A DNA stretch of 64,000 nucleotides from an uncultured Pseudobdellovibrionaceae bacterium (GTDB taxonomy: Bacteria > Bdellovibrionota > Bdellovibrionia > Bdellovibrionales > UBA1609), in assembly GCA_963803705.1 (NCBI GenBank), contig CAWDNU010000002.1:160753-224752 (forward strand), in the 5' to 3' direction. How positions within the stretch are numbered: the stretch's first letter is position 1; every line of letters begins with the position of its first letter. The position numbers and the translations under genes are program-made. This document shows, one piece after another, positions 29,935 through 40,283 of this stretch. The notes under the pieces were generated by a model. It was not told the origin of the DNA and did not search any database. It saw only the letters and a list, made by a program, of their open reading frames with translations.

Positions 29935-30471
29935 TTAAAACAGCTCGTCTTTGTCACCCTTGATAGATCTTGAACCGGAATCTTCGTTAGCCCACCAATT
30001 AGAAGTCTTCAGACTTAAATTTGTCTTTTTGACAAAATCTTCTAATTCGGAATGGTAAAATGTTATAGAATTTGTAGGTGTTTCGTCTATTAGAACAGAT
30101 TCAGGACGCACGGGGTAATTTTCACACATAGCTGAAGCCTTAATAAAAAATAATGCTGCTATCATTTCAGTGGTAGGGTCACCTGGAAAAGGCAGTCCTC
30201 TGAAATTAGGTATATGCTTTTTTAAAGTAGGTAGAATTGGATCATCACAGTTGTAAAAAAAACTATGATCTGCAACAGAAGTGACAAAGTTCTTCCATCC
30301 TTTTTTCAAAACAGCAAAATCTTCGATCATATTATTTTCATTCAGATCATCAGTAGATGCTACCAAGTTAAGTGTAGCATGCCATGTGTGCCCATGTGGG
30401 GTCGAACACTCCCTTTCGGAAAATACAAATCTATGCGCGGATTCAAAACGGTACTTAAATGCTATTTTCAT
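29935..30471 (-). CDS. queD: 6-carboxytetrahydropterin synthase (QueD, PTPS-I type)
   Basis: FESAHR, CxxxHGH (CSTPHGH), DF..LK, DHSF, PTTEMIA, ETPT. Confidence 0.8.
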   Translation of the reverse strand: MKIAFKYRFESAHRFVFSERECSTPHGHTWHATLNLVASTDDLNENNMIEDFAVLKKGWKNFVTSVADHSFFYNCDDPILPTLKKHIPNFRGLPFPGDPTTEMIAALFFIKASAMCENYPVRPESVLIDETPTNSITFYHSELEDFVKKTNLSLKTSNWWANEDSGSRSIKGDKDELF

Positions 30472-30928
30472 ACATTGACTCTTGTCCGTGGGTTTCCTTC
30501 ACGCTGACTTTTAGCCTTGTGATTGTTTTTGGTAGCTTGGGCTTCATCTGGTTCCAAAACCAATAAGCTAAGTTTTCACAGGTTATGTTGCTTAAAGGCA
30601 ATATTTTGACATCACTATGGGGCAAGCTATATCTTTTATCGTTCCATGCACAGTCAACCTGCTGGCCATTTTGTACCACATTTAAATATGGGTTTTTACT
30701 TGGAATCAGCACATACTCGTCAAGCTCTTGAGATAAAGCAAATGCCATCTCTTTAAGTGGCCTCATGTCCATTGCAAAACCAAGCTCGTCGCATGCTTCG
30801 GTTTCAACTTCGATAGACACATAGTAGTTGTGACCGTGTAGTTTTTCTGCTTCCGTGGCGCTAAAAATTGTGAAGTGAGCTGAAGAAAATTTGATTCTAT
30901 CTTTTTCAATTTTAATCCTAAAGGCCAT
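30455..30928 (-). CDS. 6-pyruvoyl-tetrahydropterin synthase paralogue, PTPS-III type
   Basis: FSSAHF, ExLHGH (EKLHGHNY) with no catalytic Cys, NITCENLA, ETHGQ. Confidence 0.78.
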   Translation of the reverse strand: MAFRIKIEKDRIKFSSAHFTIFSATEAEKLHGHNYYVSIEVETEACDELGFAMDMRPLKEMAFALSQELDEYVLIPSKNPYLNVVQNGQQVDCAWNDKRYSLPHSDVKILPLSNITCENLAYWFWNQMKPKLPKTITRLKVSVKETHGQESMYENSI

Positions 30929-31086
30929 AGACGTTCGTACCAAATCTGGCTGAAACGTCAATAATATCAAAGCAAATAATCGCCGGGGTCATAGCCTTGG
31001 AACTTCGTAAGGCTGTACAATGTACAAATCCCAAGAACAGTCAAACGAACGTGTCATAATGAAACAGTCAAAGGCGCTATCAAGGC

Positions 31087-31113
31087 TTAAGGTAGAAGCA
31101 TTTCATTCCGATA
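31087..31113 (+). promoter_or_regulatory. Candidate sigma28 (FliA) promoter
   Basis: TTAAG-N15-TCCGATA, 34 bp upstream of the TTG start with GGAGG RBS. Confidence 0.45.
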
Positions 31114-31146
31114 CAAATCTATATGTAATTTCGTCGGAGGACCTGC

Positions 31147-32169
31147 TTGAAGCTAGTATCTTTGTTTATTAACTCTTCAAAATTAAAACTGGTTTTGATG
31201 CTGCTGCTAATAACCAATTCTTCATTTGGCGCATGGACTGCCATTATCAACTCGTCTGAAAAAGCTGATAAGTCATCTGCCGCTTTAATGGCTAAAACCA
31301 AGGATGTTAGAGTAAGTGATATTATAAATTTATCAGAGCCGTTGATGTCATCTGGCGAATTTGAAAAATTAGTTAAAAAAAGTAAGAAAGCTAAAAACTT
31401 GAAGATAGATAGCATCATGCACGGTAATAATTTCTTCTATCTTCATGCTGGTCCCATAAGAGTTGTATTTAAATGGATAGATAAAGAAAATATTGCATAC
31501 AAAATAAATGGTCACTCGTTTACTTATAAAGAAGCAGCTAGAACTGAATTGTGGCAGAAAAAAATTATTGAAGTGGTAAAAAAATATCAGGGTGAAGGGC
31601 AGGCATTCACCCCACAAGAGGCCGAATTTTTTAGGATTAGCTACGAATCAAGTTTAGGCTCCTCGTATTTTTTAAATCTTGGACGTACGATGTCTTCGAT
31701 GTTAATAATGCCCTTGTTCTTTCAGGCAAATTTGGCAAGCGCATTCCAAATAGATTGGGGTAGTAAGTGGACATGGACAGCAATTGGTGTGGCTGTGGTT
31801 GCACTTGTCGCTAACCATATTTATAGAAATCACAAAAAAGAGCATAAATCTAAAAAGTCTAAAATTACATCAAGACTGTCATCTGCTCGGACGAATTTGA
31901 AAGCGGCCCAAGATCGTGGCGAAGTAAACCTGTCTTCGTACCAAAAAGAAGTTTTTGATCTAGAAAACCTTCAAGCTGAATACGAGCAGTCATCTGATGT
32001 TGGTTTTTTTGGCTTCTTATTTGGTAGCAGGATGAAAGAGCCAAGCATGTATCGCACCATAATGTCCCGACCAGGTGTAGAAACTGGTACAACTGGCACT
32101 GGTGTTCCAGGAGCGCCCACTGCTCCGCCGACTTTCACGCCAAAGTCATCTTCAGAGGGCACGTTTTAA
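31147..32169 (+). CDS. Hypothetical exported/membrane protein
   Basis: 340-aa ORF, GGAGG RBS, N-terminal hydrophobic segment, internal TM (WTAIGVAVVALVA), Pro/Thr-rich tail. Confidence 0.75.
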   Translation: MKLVSLFINSSKLKLVLMLLLITNSSFGAWTAIINSSEKADKSSAALMAKTKDVRVSDIINLSEPLMSSGEFEKLVKKSKKAKNLKIDSIMHGNNFFYLHAGPIRVVFKWIDKENIAYKINGHSFTYKEAARTELWQKKIIEVVKKYQGEGQAFTPQEAEFFRISYESSLGSSYFLNLGRTMSSMLIMPLFFQANLASAFQIDWGSKWTWTAIGVAVVALVANHIYRNHKKEHKSKKSKITSRLSSARTNLKAAQDRGEVNLSSYQKEVFDLENLQAEYEQSSDVGFFGFLFGSRMKEPSMYRTIMSRPGVETGTTGTGVPGAPTAPPTFTPKSSSEGTF

Positions 32170-32314
32170 GTTAAATTAAGACCCACGTAGGTCAAATTTG
32201 ACTTTGCCTACGGTATATTCAGTTTAGCCATTTAGCCTTACGCGCCTGCACCTGCATCCAATTCTTTTTTATTATATGAATACATATTGATAATCACAAT
32301 ATGGAGAAGAATTT

Positions 32315-34972
32315 ATGGCTGAGTTTTCAGGTGCAAAAAAAACGTTAAAAGTGGACTCTTTAGAAGGTGTTTACTACGATTTAAATGCTGTTAACAATTT
32401 CGGAGATATCTCAAAGTTACCTTTTACGTTAAAGGTTCTATTAGAAAACCTGTTAAGACATCAAGAACATTCTGCTGTGACAGACGCACATATTAAATCC
32501 CTTGCCACATGGACTGAACGAAAAACCTCTGAAGATGAAATTCCATTCTTTCCCTCTAGGGTTTTAATGCAAGATTTCACGGGTGTTCCCGCTGTCGTTG
32601 ATTTGGCGGCCATGCGCGAAGGAGTAAAGTCTTTAGGTGGTGATCCAAGTGTAATAAACCCCCTTGTACCTGTAGATCTTGTGATTGATCACTCAGTTAT
32701 GGTTGATTATTCAGGAACTCCAGAGGCTTTTGAAAAAAATATGGCAGTCGAATTTGAAAGAAATGCTGAGCGCTACGAATTTTTAAAATGGGGTCAAGAA
32801 ACTTTCGACAACTTTAGAGTGGTCCCTCCGGGGACAGGCATTTGTCACCAAGTGAATGTAGAATATTTAGCACCCGTAGTAGGGACAAGAAAAGTTAAGG
32901 GTGAGACCCAGTTTTTCCCTGACACTTTATTTGGGACTGATAGCCACACGACAATGGTTAACGGCTTAGCAGTTCTGGGCTGGGGCGTTGGAGGTATAGA
33001 GGCAGAAGCGGCAATGCTAGGTAAACCTACGTCAATCTTAATCCCTGAAGTCGTTGGTTTTGAACTTACGGGTCAGCTTGCAGAAGGTGCAACAGCTACT
33101 GATTTAGTGCTGACCATTACTCAGATGCTTCGAAAAAAAGGTGTTGTAGGTAAGTTCGTTGAATTCTGCGGCGAGGGTTTAGCCACGCTGCCGCTTGCAG
33201 ACAGGCTAACAATAGCAAATATGTCACCCGAGTTTGGTTCGACCTGTGGATTTTTCCCGATCGATGAAGAGACAATAAAATACCTTAAGCTAACAGCAAG
33301 ACCTAGTGATCAAATTGAACTGGTAGAAGCTTACGCGAAAAAACAAGGGCTGTGGCGCGTACCTGGCCAAAATCCTGAATTTACGACTATGTTAAAATTA
33401 AATTTAAGTGATGTAGTTCCTAGTATATCTGGCCCTAAGCGACCGCAAGATAAAGTTGAACTGAAGACTGCAGACTCTGCTTTTGAAACGGCTTTAAGCA
33501 GTGTATTCAAGGTCCCCCAAGCTAGAAGCTTTCCAGTTGAAGGAAAAGATTACTCACTTACCACAGGGGACGTTGTAATCGCGGCTATTACTAGTTGCAC
33601 AAACACATCTAATCCTTCTGTGATGGTAGCTGCCGGACTTGTGGCTCAGAAGGCTGTAGCTAAAGGTTTAAAAGTGAAACCTTGGGTTAAAACTTCTTTA
33701 GCGCCTGGATCAAAAGTAGTGACTGACTATCTAGAAAAATCTGGTTTACAGACACCCCTTAACAAGATGGGGTTTAATTTAGTCGGCTACGGTTGTACTA
33801 CGTGTATTGGTAACTCCGGTCCTCTGGATCCTGAAATCACGAAGACTATTGAAAAAAATGATATGATTGTAACTTCAGTGCTATCTGGAAATAGAAATTT
33901 TGAAGGTAGAATTTCCCCTCATGTACAAGCCAACTATTTAGCTTCACCACCTTTAGTAGTAGCTTACGCAATTGCTGGATCAATGAGAAAAAATGTTTTA
34001 ACTGAAGCTTTGGATTTTGATTCCGATGGTAATCCAGTGTTTTTGAAAGATATTTGGCCTACTCAAAAAGAAGTTAGTGAAATGGTCGCACGTGTGGTTG
34101 GCCCTGAAATGTTTAAATTCAGGTACGACAATGTTTTTGAGGGACCTCAAAAATGGCAAGATATCGATGTCACAAAAACTCAGACTTACTCTTGGAATGA
34201 CAGTAGCACCTATGTTCAAAATCCCCCCTATTTTGAAGGGCTTACTAAAAACATGTCCGAAATAGATAACATTGAAAACGCCAATGTTCTGGCTTTGTTT
34301 GGCGATAGTGTAACTACAGATCATATTTCACCTGCCGGTTCGATCAAAGCGGCCAGCCCCGCAGGCTCTTATCTTCAATCTAAAAATGTTAACGTGAAAG
34401 ACTTTAATTCCTTTGGATCTCGACGTGGTAACCATGAGGTCATGATGAGAGGAACTTTTGCCAACATCAGAATTAAGAATTTAATGTTAGACGGCGTAGA
34501 GGGCGGTATGACCAAATTCGTAAAAACTGGCGAGAGCATGCCAATCTACGATGCGGCAATGAAATATCAGGAGACAGGCACTCAGCTTGTTGTAATCGCT
34601 GGCAAAGAGTATGGCACTGGTAGTTCTAGAGATTGGGCGGCAAAAGGCACTGCCCTACTAGGGGTCAGAGCTGTTATCGCCGAGAGCTTCGAGCGTATTC
34701 ATCGATCAAATCTTGCAGGGATGGGGGTGTTGCCTTTGCAGTTTATGGATGGGGTAACTAGACAGTCGCTTGAAATCACTGGAGAAGAAACTTTTTCAGT
34801 CAAGGGACTAACCAGTTTGAATCCTAGACAAGAATTTTCAGTCGAGATGACCAGAAAGGATGGCTCTAAGGAAAAATTTAAGGCTCACAGTCGTTTAGAT
34901 ACTTTTGATGATGTCGAAAACTTTAAAAACGGCGGCATCTTACAGGCCACCATTCGTCAGCTAATCCAGTAG
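32315..34972 (+). CDS. acnA: Aconitate hydratase A
   Basis: RVLMQDFTGVP, DLVIDHS, GTDSHT, ITSCTN, GCTTCIGNSG, TTDHISPAG, GSSRDWAAKG. Confidence 0.97.
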   Translation: MAEFSGAKKTLKVDSLEGVYYDLNAVNNFGDISKLPFTLKVLLENLLRHQEHSAVTDAHIKSLATWTERKTSEDEIPFFPSRVLMQDFTGVPAVVDLAAMREGVKSLGGDPSVINPLVPVDLVIDHSVMVDYSGTPEAFEKNMAVEFERNAERYEFLKWGQETFDNFRVVPPGTGICHQVNVEYLAPVVGTRKVKGETQFFPDTLFGTDSHTTMVNGLAVLGWGVGGIEAEAAMLGKPTSILIPEVVGFELTGQLAEGATATDLVLTITQMLRKKGVVGKFVEFCGEGLATLPLADRLTIANMSPEFGSTCGFFPIDEETIKYLKLTARPSDQIELVEAYAKKQGLWRVPGQNPEFTTMLKLNLSDVVPSISGPKRPQDKVELKTADSAFETALSSVFKVPQARSFPVEGKDYSLTTGDVVIAAITSCTNTSNPSVMVAAGLVAQKAVAKGLKVKPWVKTSLAPGSKVVTDYLEKSGLQTPLNKMGFNLVGYGCTTCIGNSGPLDPEITKTIEKNDMIVTSVLSGNRNFEGRISPHVQANYLASPPLVVAYAIAGSMRKNVLTEALDFDSDGNPVFLKDIWPTQKEVSEMVARVVGPEMFKFRYDNVFEGPQKWQDIDVTKTQTYSWNDSSTYVQNPPYFEGLTKNMSEIDNIENANVLALFGDSVTTDHISPAGSIKAASPAGSYLQSKNVNVKDFNSFGSRRGNHEVMMRGTFANIRIKNLMLDGVEGGMTKFVKTGESMPIYDAAMKYQETGTQLVVIAGKEYGTGSSRDWAAKGTALLGVRAVIAESFERIHRSNLAGMGVLPLQFMDGVTRQSLEITGEETFSVKGLTSLNPRQEFSVEMTRKDGSKEKFKAHSRLDTFDDVENFKNGGILQATIRQLIQ

Positions 34973-35093
34973 GTCAGTGCTTAGGTGCCAGGTTCCGAAT
35001 GCTGGCTGCACTGCATAGCAAATTGCACTCAATATTGACCTGGCGCTTTTAAGCTTGGACGCCTAGAATCTAATACTTTTTCAGCAGGCCCAA

Positions 35094-35930
35094 TTAGTTA
35101 ATGAGTGTGGAAATGCTTTTTCTAAAAGTCTGAAAGACGGTAGTCATGCGCTCTATCTGTCCCGGAGTAAATTCTGACATACATCCGTCACCACTATAAC
35201 CCATAAAGTTTTTGGTAGGATCCAGTCCCGGATCGTTCGGACAAGAGTCCACTGGAAGCGAGCAACCTAATATAGGTGCCGCCTGGGCTGGCGTATCATC
35301 GATCATGTCACCTTCAGCAGAACATTCGCCTTGAAAGGTATGTAATAGTCCCATCCAGTGACCCGTCTCGTGAATCAGTACTATACCTTCTTTGGAAATT
35401 GGACTATCGCCACCTGGCAAACTGTTAGTTGCAATCACGACTCCATCAAGTTCAGGTTGTGCTCTGTACTGCCAAGGAAAATAAGCCCATCCGCCAAGCT
35501 GGATATTTAGGGTCGGAACTATGTATACATTCAAAGTGTCACTACCACCTTGCCTTAGCTGGGACTTCATATCGTACTCTAAGCGAGTCATTGGAAAAAG
35601 ATCAGCTGATGCCCAGCGCTTAGAATTAACAAAATTTATATTTTTTAATTCAAAGCTGAACCCTGTTAGTGCATATCCATCATTTAAAACATCAATCTGT
35701 TTGCGGATTACATCATCAGCAACTTTTTTTTGTATGACGTGAAAAACAACTGGAATAACTTTTGGCTTAAACGACTCTGTGCTCATAAAGCGAGGTGCGC
35801 TACTTACGAGTTTAGTTTTTAAATCTATAAAAAATTTTTCAGAAGTATCGACTTCTCCAGTGGCACACATTTCAAATGCATTAGCCTGGCTTGTAAGTAG
35901 AAGAATTAAAGATAGTAAAAATAAGCGCAT
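35094..35930 (-). CDS. Secreted M43 (pappalysin/ulilysin-like) zinc metalloprotease, paralogue 1
   Basis: Signal peptide, N-terminal Cys (MCAT), HETGHWMGLLHTF, DTP, NFMGY Met-turn. Confidence 0.9.
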   Translation of the reverse strand: MRLFLLSLILLLTSQANAFEMCATGEVDTSEKFFIDLKTKLVSSAPRFMSTESFKPKVIPVVFHVIQKKVADDVIRKQIDVLNDGYALTGFSFELKNINFVNSKRWASADLFPMTRLEYDMKSQLRQGGSDTLNVYIVPTLNIQLGGWAYFPWQYRAQPELDGVVIATNSLPGGDSPISKEGIVLIHETGHWMGLLHTFQGECSAEGDMIDDTPAQAAPILGCSLPVDSCPNDPGLDPTKNFMGYSGDGCMSEFTPGQIERMTTVFQTFRKSISTLIN

Positions 35931-36155
35931 AGGACCCCCTCTAAGTGTTTGAATATATTATTGTTTGAAATCAGTTAGCCTTTGGTCAATGCCACACTAA
36001 GGTCCTGTCAAAAAAACTATGATGGGATAAAAATTGAATTAGGCTTAGCATTTATAAGAAAATCTTATGAGAAAAAACCAGACAATGGTCTTGGTTTTCC
36101 AAACCAGGTTTTTTAACGATTGCCGGTTCTAGTGTGCAGATTAAGCTTCAAGACT

Positions 36156-36992
36156 TTAATTTATTAGTGTCGAAATACTGTTGCGATAAGATTCAAAGCT
36201 ACCGGTCATTCTAATAATCTGACCTCTAGAAAAGTTCGTCAGGCAAATGTCGTTACTGTAGTCCATGTAGTTATCAGACGGATCTAGACCTGGCGAAAAA
36301 GGACAAGAGTCATTGTTTATAGGACATCCTACGCTTGGACTTTGTTGAGCCGGGGTATCATCAACAAAGTCACCGGAACCTTCGCAACCACCTTGAAAGG
36401 TATGAAATAATCCCATCCAATGGCCGACTTCGTGGACTAAAGTTACACCCTCGTTATATGGATATATCTGTCCCCGGGGTAAAGAGCCTTTAGCAATTAC
36501 GACACCGTCTAGCTCTGGCTGGCGTCGGTACTCCCACGGGAAATATGCCCAGCCAAGAACCTGGCCTAGGTTTGGCATTATATAAATATTTAATGTACCA
36601 CTATCGCCTTGGCGAAGTTTCGATTTCATATCAATCTCAGCAGCGCTAAATATTTCAAAATTTTTAGACCATCTATTAGTGTTTACAAAATTAATATCTT
36701 TCAACTCAAATCTAAATCCTGTCAAAGCGTAAGCGTTATTTAAGACATTGATTTGTTCGTAAATAATCTGATCAGAAATTTTGTCTTCTATTATATGTAC
36801 GATAATGGGAATAGTTTTTGTTCTAAAAGAATTTGTGCTCATATACTTCAACGACGAACTTAGAAGCTTAATTTTCATATCAATAAAAAACTTTTCCGAA
36901 GGCTCTACATCTTGGGTGCCACATCTTTCAAAAGCATTTCCAAAATTACAAAAAAATAAAATCAATACATAACCAAGTAATATCAAACGCAT
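36156..36992 (-). CDS. Secreted M43 zinc metalloprotease, paralogue 2
   Basis: RCGT, HEVGHWMGLFHTF, NYMDY; same length (278 aa) and C-terminus SISTLIN as paralogue 1. Confidence 0.9.
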   Translation of the reverse strand: MRLILLGYVLILFFCNFGNAFERCGTQDVEPSEKFFIDMKIKLLSSSLKYMSTNSFRTKTIPIIVHIIEDKISDQIIYEQINVLNNAYALTGFRFELKDINFVNTNRWSKNFEIFSAAEIDMKSKLRQGDSGTLNIYIMPNLGQVLGWAYFPWEYRRQPELDGVVIAKGSLPRGQIYPYNEGVTLVHEVGHWMGLFHTFQGGCEGSGDFVDDTPAQQSPSVGCPINNDSCPFSPGLDPSDNYMDYSNDICLTNFSRGQIIRMTGSFESYRNSISTLIN

Positions 36993-37364
36993 AAAACCCC
37001 TTAGATAGCTTGTCTATTAAGTGTTTTGAATTGGTCAGGTTCTGGTCAATACTGCTTGAAAGTCCTGTCAGGAAATAGACTGCGGCTAATAAAAGAAAGG
37101 CATTGTTAGAAAACATAAGAAAATTTTATGATTCAAAGCTGGTCCAAAATCTTGGCGGTATAATAGGTGTTATTAGATTAACTTTTAAGAAAAAAGACTT
37201 AGGTCTAAGGTGTTTTCGCCCAAATAAAGCTAGGTTCGAACTGAAGATTCGTACTTAAGATTTTACAAGCACATACATAGCTAATTATTATTTATTTACA
37301 ATTAAATTTGTAAATTATTGTTTTCAGTTCTTAAAACTGGATTTTTAAATTTTACTTTTTAATT

Positions 37365-37874
37365 CTAGTTTTTGCGTTTTAGCTTTAAAGCTTTATTGGC
37401 TTTTATGACTTTTTGCTTTTGGCTTTTATGAAAGACTTCCATTTTCTTAAATAAAGATTTATCAGAAAGGGATAAAATTCTTAGAGCGAGCAGTGCGGCG
37501 TTGGTGGAATTATCAATGGCAACCGTGGCCACGGGAACACCCTTTGGCATTTGCATCACAGACAAAAGAGCGTCCCAACCCTGCATGGGGGTGACATTCA
37601 CTGGCACACCAATTACCGGAAGGGTAGTGCTTGCTGCGATCATGCCTGGCAGATGGGCTGCGCCACCAGCACCAGCAATGATAACTTTTAGCCCCTTCTT
37701 GTTGGCATTTTTAGCGTAAGCGGTCATCAACGAGGGCGTCCTATGCGCTGACACAATTTTAATTTCGTAGGGAATATTAAAATCCTCTAAAATATCTTTG
37801 GCCGCGCCCATTGTGGGTAAGTCAGAATCGCTTCCCATTATAATTCCCACTATTGGTTTTTTCTTTGAGCTCAT
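37365..37874 (-). CDS. purE: N5-CAIR mutase
   Basis: [37 protein letters not shown]. Confidence 0.97.
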   Translation of the reverse strand: MSSKKKPIVGIIMGSDSDLPTMGAAKDILEDFNIPYEIKIVSAHRTPSLMTAYAKNANKKGLKVIIAGAGGAAHLPGMIAASTTLPVIGVPVNVTPMQGWDALLSVMQMPKGVPVATVAIDNSTNAALLALRILSLSDKSLFKKMEVFHKSQKQKVIKANKALKLKRKN

Positions 37875-39001
37875 AAATCGAAATCCTTGATATTATTTTT
37901 TAAGTTTATCAAAGCGTCTTCAAAAGTTGAAGACAAAGATGTGATATGGCCCATTTTTCTTCCAGGCTTAGAAACACTTTTTTGATACCAATTCAAAAAA
38001 CAATCATTGATGCTCAAGGGGATTTTGGGATCATCATTCGTCTTACTGGCAATTAAATTGTACATGGCAAACGGAGAAACAACTTTTGGTTCAGCTGGTA
38101 AATCTACATTTAGTATTGCAAGTAAATGAGCTTTAAATTGATTTAAGTACAAAGCCTCTAAACTGTAATGAGCAGAGTTATGCACTCGGGGTGCAATTTC
38201 ATTGGTCACAAGATCACCGAGTTTAGATTCGAACACTTCAAAGGCTATGAAACCAATGTAATTGATATTTGCTAAAGCCGAAGAAATTTTATTTTGTAAG
38301 CTTTTCATATCTTTACTTACTGGCATCGGTCCCTTAACCCATAAACATTTAGAATTTTTTTGGTGTGTTTCAACCCAAGGAAATACGCACACATTGCCTT
38401 TGCTATTTCTGGCAAAACCAACTGCGAGCTCTCTTTTAAACTTAATAAAGTCCTCAAAAATCCAGCTTGAAGCCTGAAAGTCAGTGCCTAGTTGATCTAA
38501 ATCTTCTAGTGTCGTTAGAAATACTGTACCGTAACCGTCATAGCCGAAAAGTCTTTTTTTCATAACTATGGGTCTTTGCTTTAAATGCTCAGTTAATTCT
38601 ACCAAATTATTTATATTGTAGCTGGTGCTAGTTGGTATTTTAAAAGTGTCTAGAAACTGCTTTTGAGGTTTGCGGTCTCTGATACTAAAAAGCGTTTCAA
38701 CGGTGGGAAAGACTTTGATGCCAGTTTTTTTCTGAGCTTCAGCTAAGAACTCTGGATCAACAAATTCGCTTTCAATCGTAAGCACAACGTTCGGACTCTG
38801 TTGCAGGCAATATTCAGCAAAGTCTTGAATGTTCTTTGCACTAACCTCTTCCACGACGAAATTGTCAGAATTAACTAGGCAAGCTGGATTTCTAAGTGAA
38901 GTGGTCAAAACAGAGGTTTTGATATTAAGTTTGTGGGCCTCTTGGCACATCATGCGTGCTAACTGACCGTCACCTAGAATTCCTACGAAAAAATTCGACA
39001 T
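37871..39001 (-). CDS. purK: N5-CAIR synthetase
   Basis: [33 protein letters not shown]; 4-bp overlap with purE. Confidence 0.95.
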   Translation of the reverse strand: MSNFFVGILGDGQLARMMCQEAHKLNIKTSVLTTSLRNPACLVNSDNFVVEEVSAKNIQDFAEYCLQQSPNVVLTIESEFVDPEFLAEAQKKTGIKVFPTVETLFSIRDRKPQKQFLDTFKIPTSTSYNINNLVELTEHLKQRPIVMKKRLFGYDGYGTVFLTTLEDLDQLGTDFQASSWIFEDFIKFKRELAVGFARNSKGNVCVFPWVETHQKNSKCLWVKGPMPVSKDMKSLQNKISSALANINYIGFIAFEVFESKLGDLVTNEIAPRVHNSAHYSLEALYLNQFKAHLLAILNVDLPAEPKVVSPFAMYNLIASKTNDDPKIPLSINDCFLNWYQKSVSKPGRKMGHITSLSSTFEDALINLKNNIKDFDL

Positions 39002-39016
39002 AATTAAACTGTTCCC

Positions 39017-40108
39017 ATGTCAGAACGCTTGGGTCAACTTGAGGTCTGTGATATTCAAAAGGAAATCATGAAATCCTTAAATTCCTCACTTAAAACTAAT
39101 TTCCCGGTGTGTCTGGCCCCAATGGTTGGCCTATCACATGTGGGATTAAGACTTTTAATTAGGGAATACATGCCTGAAGGTGCGTCCACTATTTGGCCCA
39201 CCGAGATGTTATCAAGCTTTCGCTTGCCCAAAGAAGATTTTGAAACTTTATTTGAGATAAAAAGATTAGCTTTTGAAGATAACATTGTTCCGCAGATCTT
39301 AGGTAACGACGAACACTACATTCGCCAAAGTGTGATTCGATTAAAAGAGTGGGGCGCCAGGGGCATAGATATTAATATGGGCTGCCCAGTTAAAAAAGCC
39401 TTAAAGCACAACTATGGCGTCGCCTTAATGGGTGACCCCGTCTATGCAGCCAAAGTGGTAAAAATGACGGTTGAAAGTTCAAATCTTCCAGTTTCTGTAA
39501 AGCTTCGAGCCGGTCACCAAAATGACATGTTGATATTTAATCAATTCATATCTGGAATTGTTGATGCTGGTGCTGCATGGATAACACTTCACCCAAGAAC
39601 TCCAGAGATGAAAAGGCGGGGAAAAGCAGACTGGTCACAGATCAAGTACTTAAAAGATAATTTTCCAGTGCCAATCATAGGTAACGGAGATATTCAAACC
39701 GTTGAAGACGTTTTCAAAATGTTAGAAGAAACGTCTTGTGATATGGTCATGGCTGGTAGGGCGCTGACCGTTCGCCCTTGGCTAATGTGGCAAGTGGGCG
39801 AGCGCTTAGGACTAAAAAATCCACCTGGTAGGTCAGGGCCGGCACCTAAAAATTCTTTCGAAGAGGGTGAAGAGTTTAAAAAAGTTTGCTTTAGATATTT
39901 GCAAATAATGAAAGAGCATTGTCCAGAGTATGTTGGAATGAGGAAGATTAAGTTTTTTATCACCAACTCCCACCCCTGGCTAGAATTCGGTCACTCATTA
40001 TACACTTGGACCTTAAGAGCTAGAAATTATGATCAAATAGAAGAAGCATTTGAAAAGTTTTTTATGTCGCCGCAAAAAATCTACCAACGAACAGAATTAA
40101 GATATTGA
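39017..40108 (+). CDS. tRNA-dihydrouridine synthase family protein
   Basis: LAPMVG, DINMGCP, VSVKLR, LHPRT, GNGDI, MAGR. Confidence 0.9.
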   Translation: MSERLGQLEVCDIQKEIMKSLNSSLKTNFPVCLAPMVGLSHVGLRLLIREYMPEGASTIWPTEMLSSFRLPKEDFETLFEIKRLAFEDNIVPQILGNDEHYIRQSVIRLKEWGARGIDINMGCPVKKALKHNYGVALMGDPVYAAKVVKMTVESSNLPVSVKLRAGHQNDMLIFNQFISGIVDAGAAWITLHPRTPEMKRRGKADWSQIKYLKDNFPVPIIGNGDIQTVEDVFKMLEETSCDMVMAGRALTVRPWLMWQVGERLGLKNPPGRSGPAPKNSFEEGEEFKKVCFRYLQIMKEHCPEYVGMRKIKFFITNSHPWLEFGHSLYTWTLRARNYDQIEEAFEKFFMSPQKIYQRTELRY

Positions 40109-40201
40109 TGAAAAAAAGCAGCTGAGCGATCGGACCAGCTGCTTTTTAACAGCCGAGGTCGTCAATGTCTTATCAGCCAATGTATCAGCTAAATTTCTCA
40201 T
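40097..40201 (-). other. Candidate 34-codon small ORF or sRNA
   Basis: GGAGA-TAAC-ATG, reads MRNLADTLADKTLTTSAVKKQLVRSLSCFFSSIS and runs through the hairpin at 40111-40147. Confidence 0.3.
40111..40147. terminator. Bidirectional terminator
   Basis: AAAAAAAGCAGCTG-N11-CAGCTGCTTTTT between convergent genes. Confidence 0.82.
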
Positions 40202-40283
40202 GTTATCTCCAATTGACATATATACGAAGAAATCAAGATCCTATTCTGAAAGGGTATTGTGGGCGGGTACTGTACACTAGATT

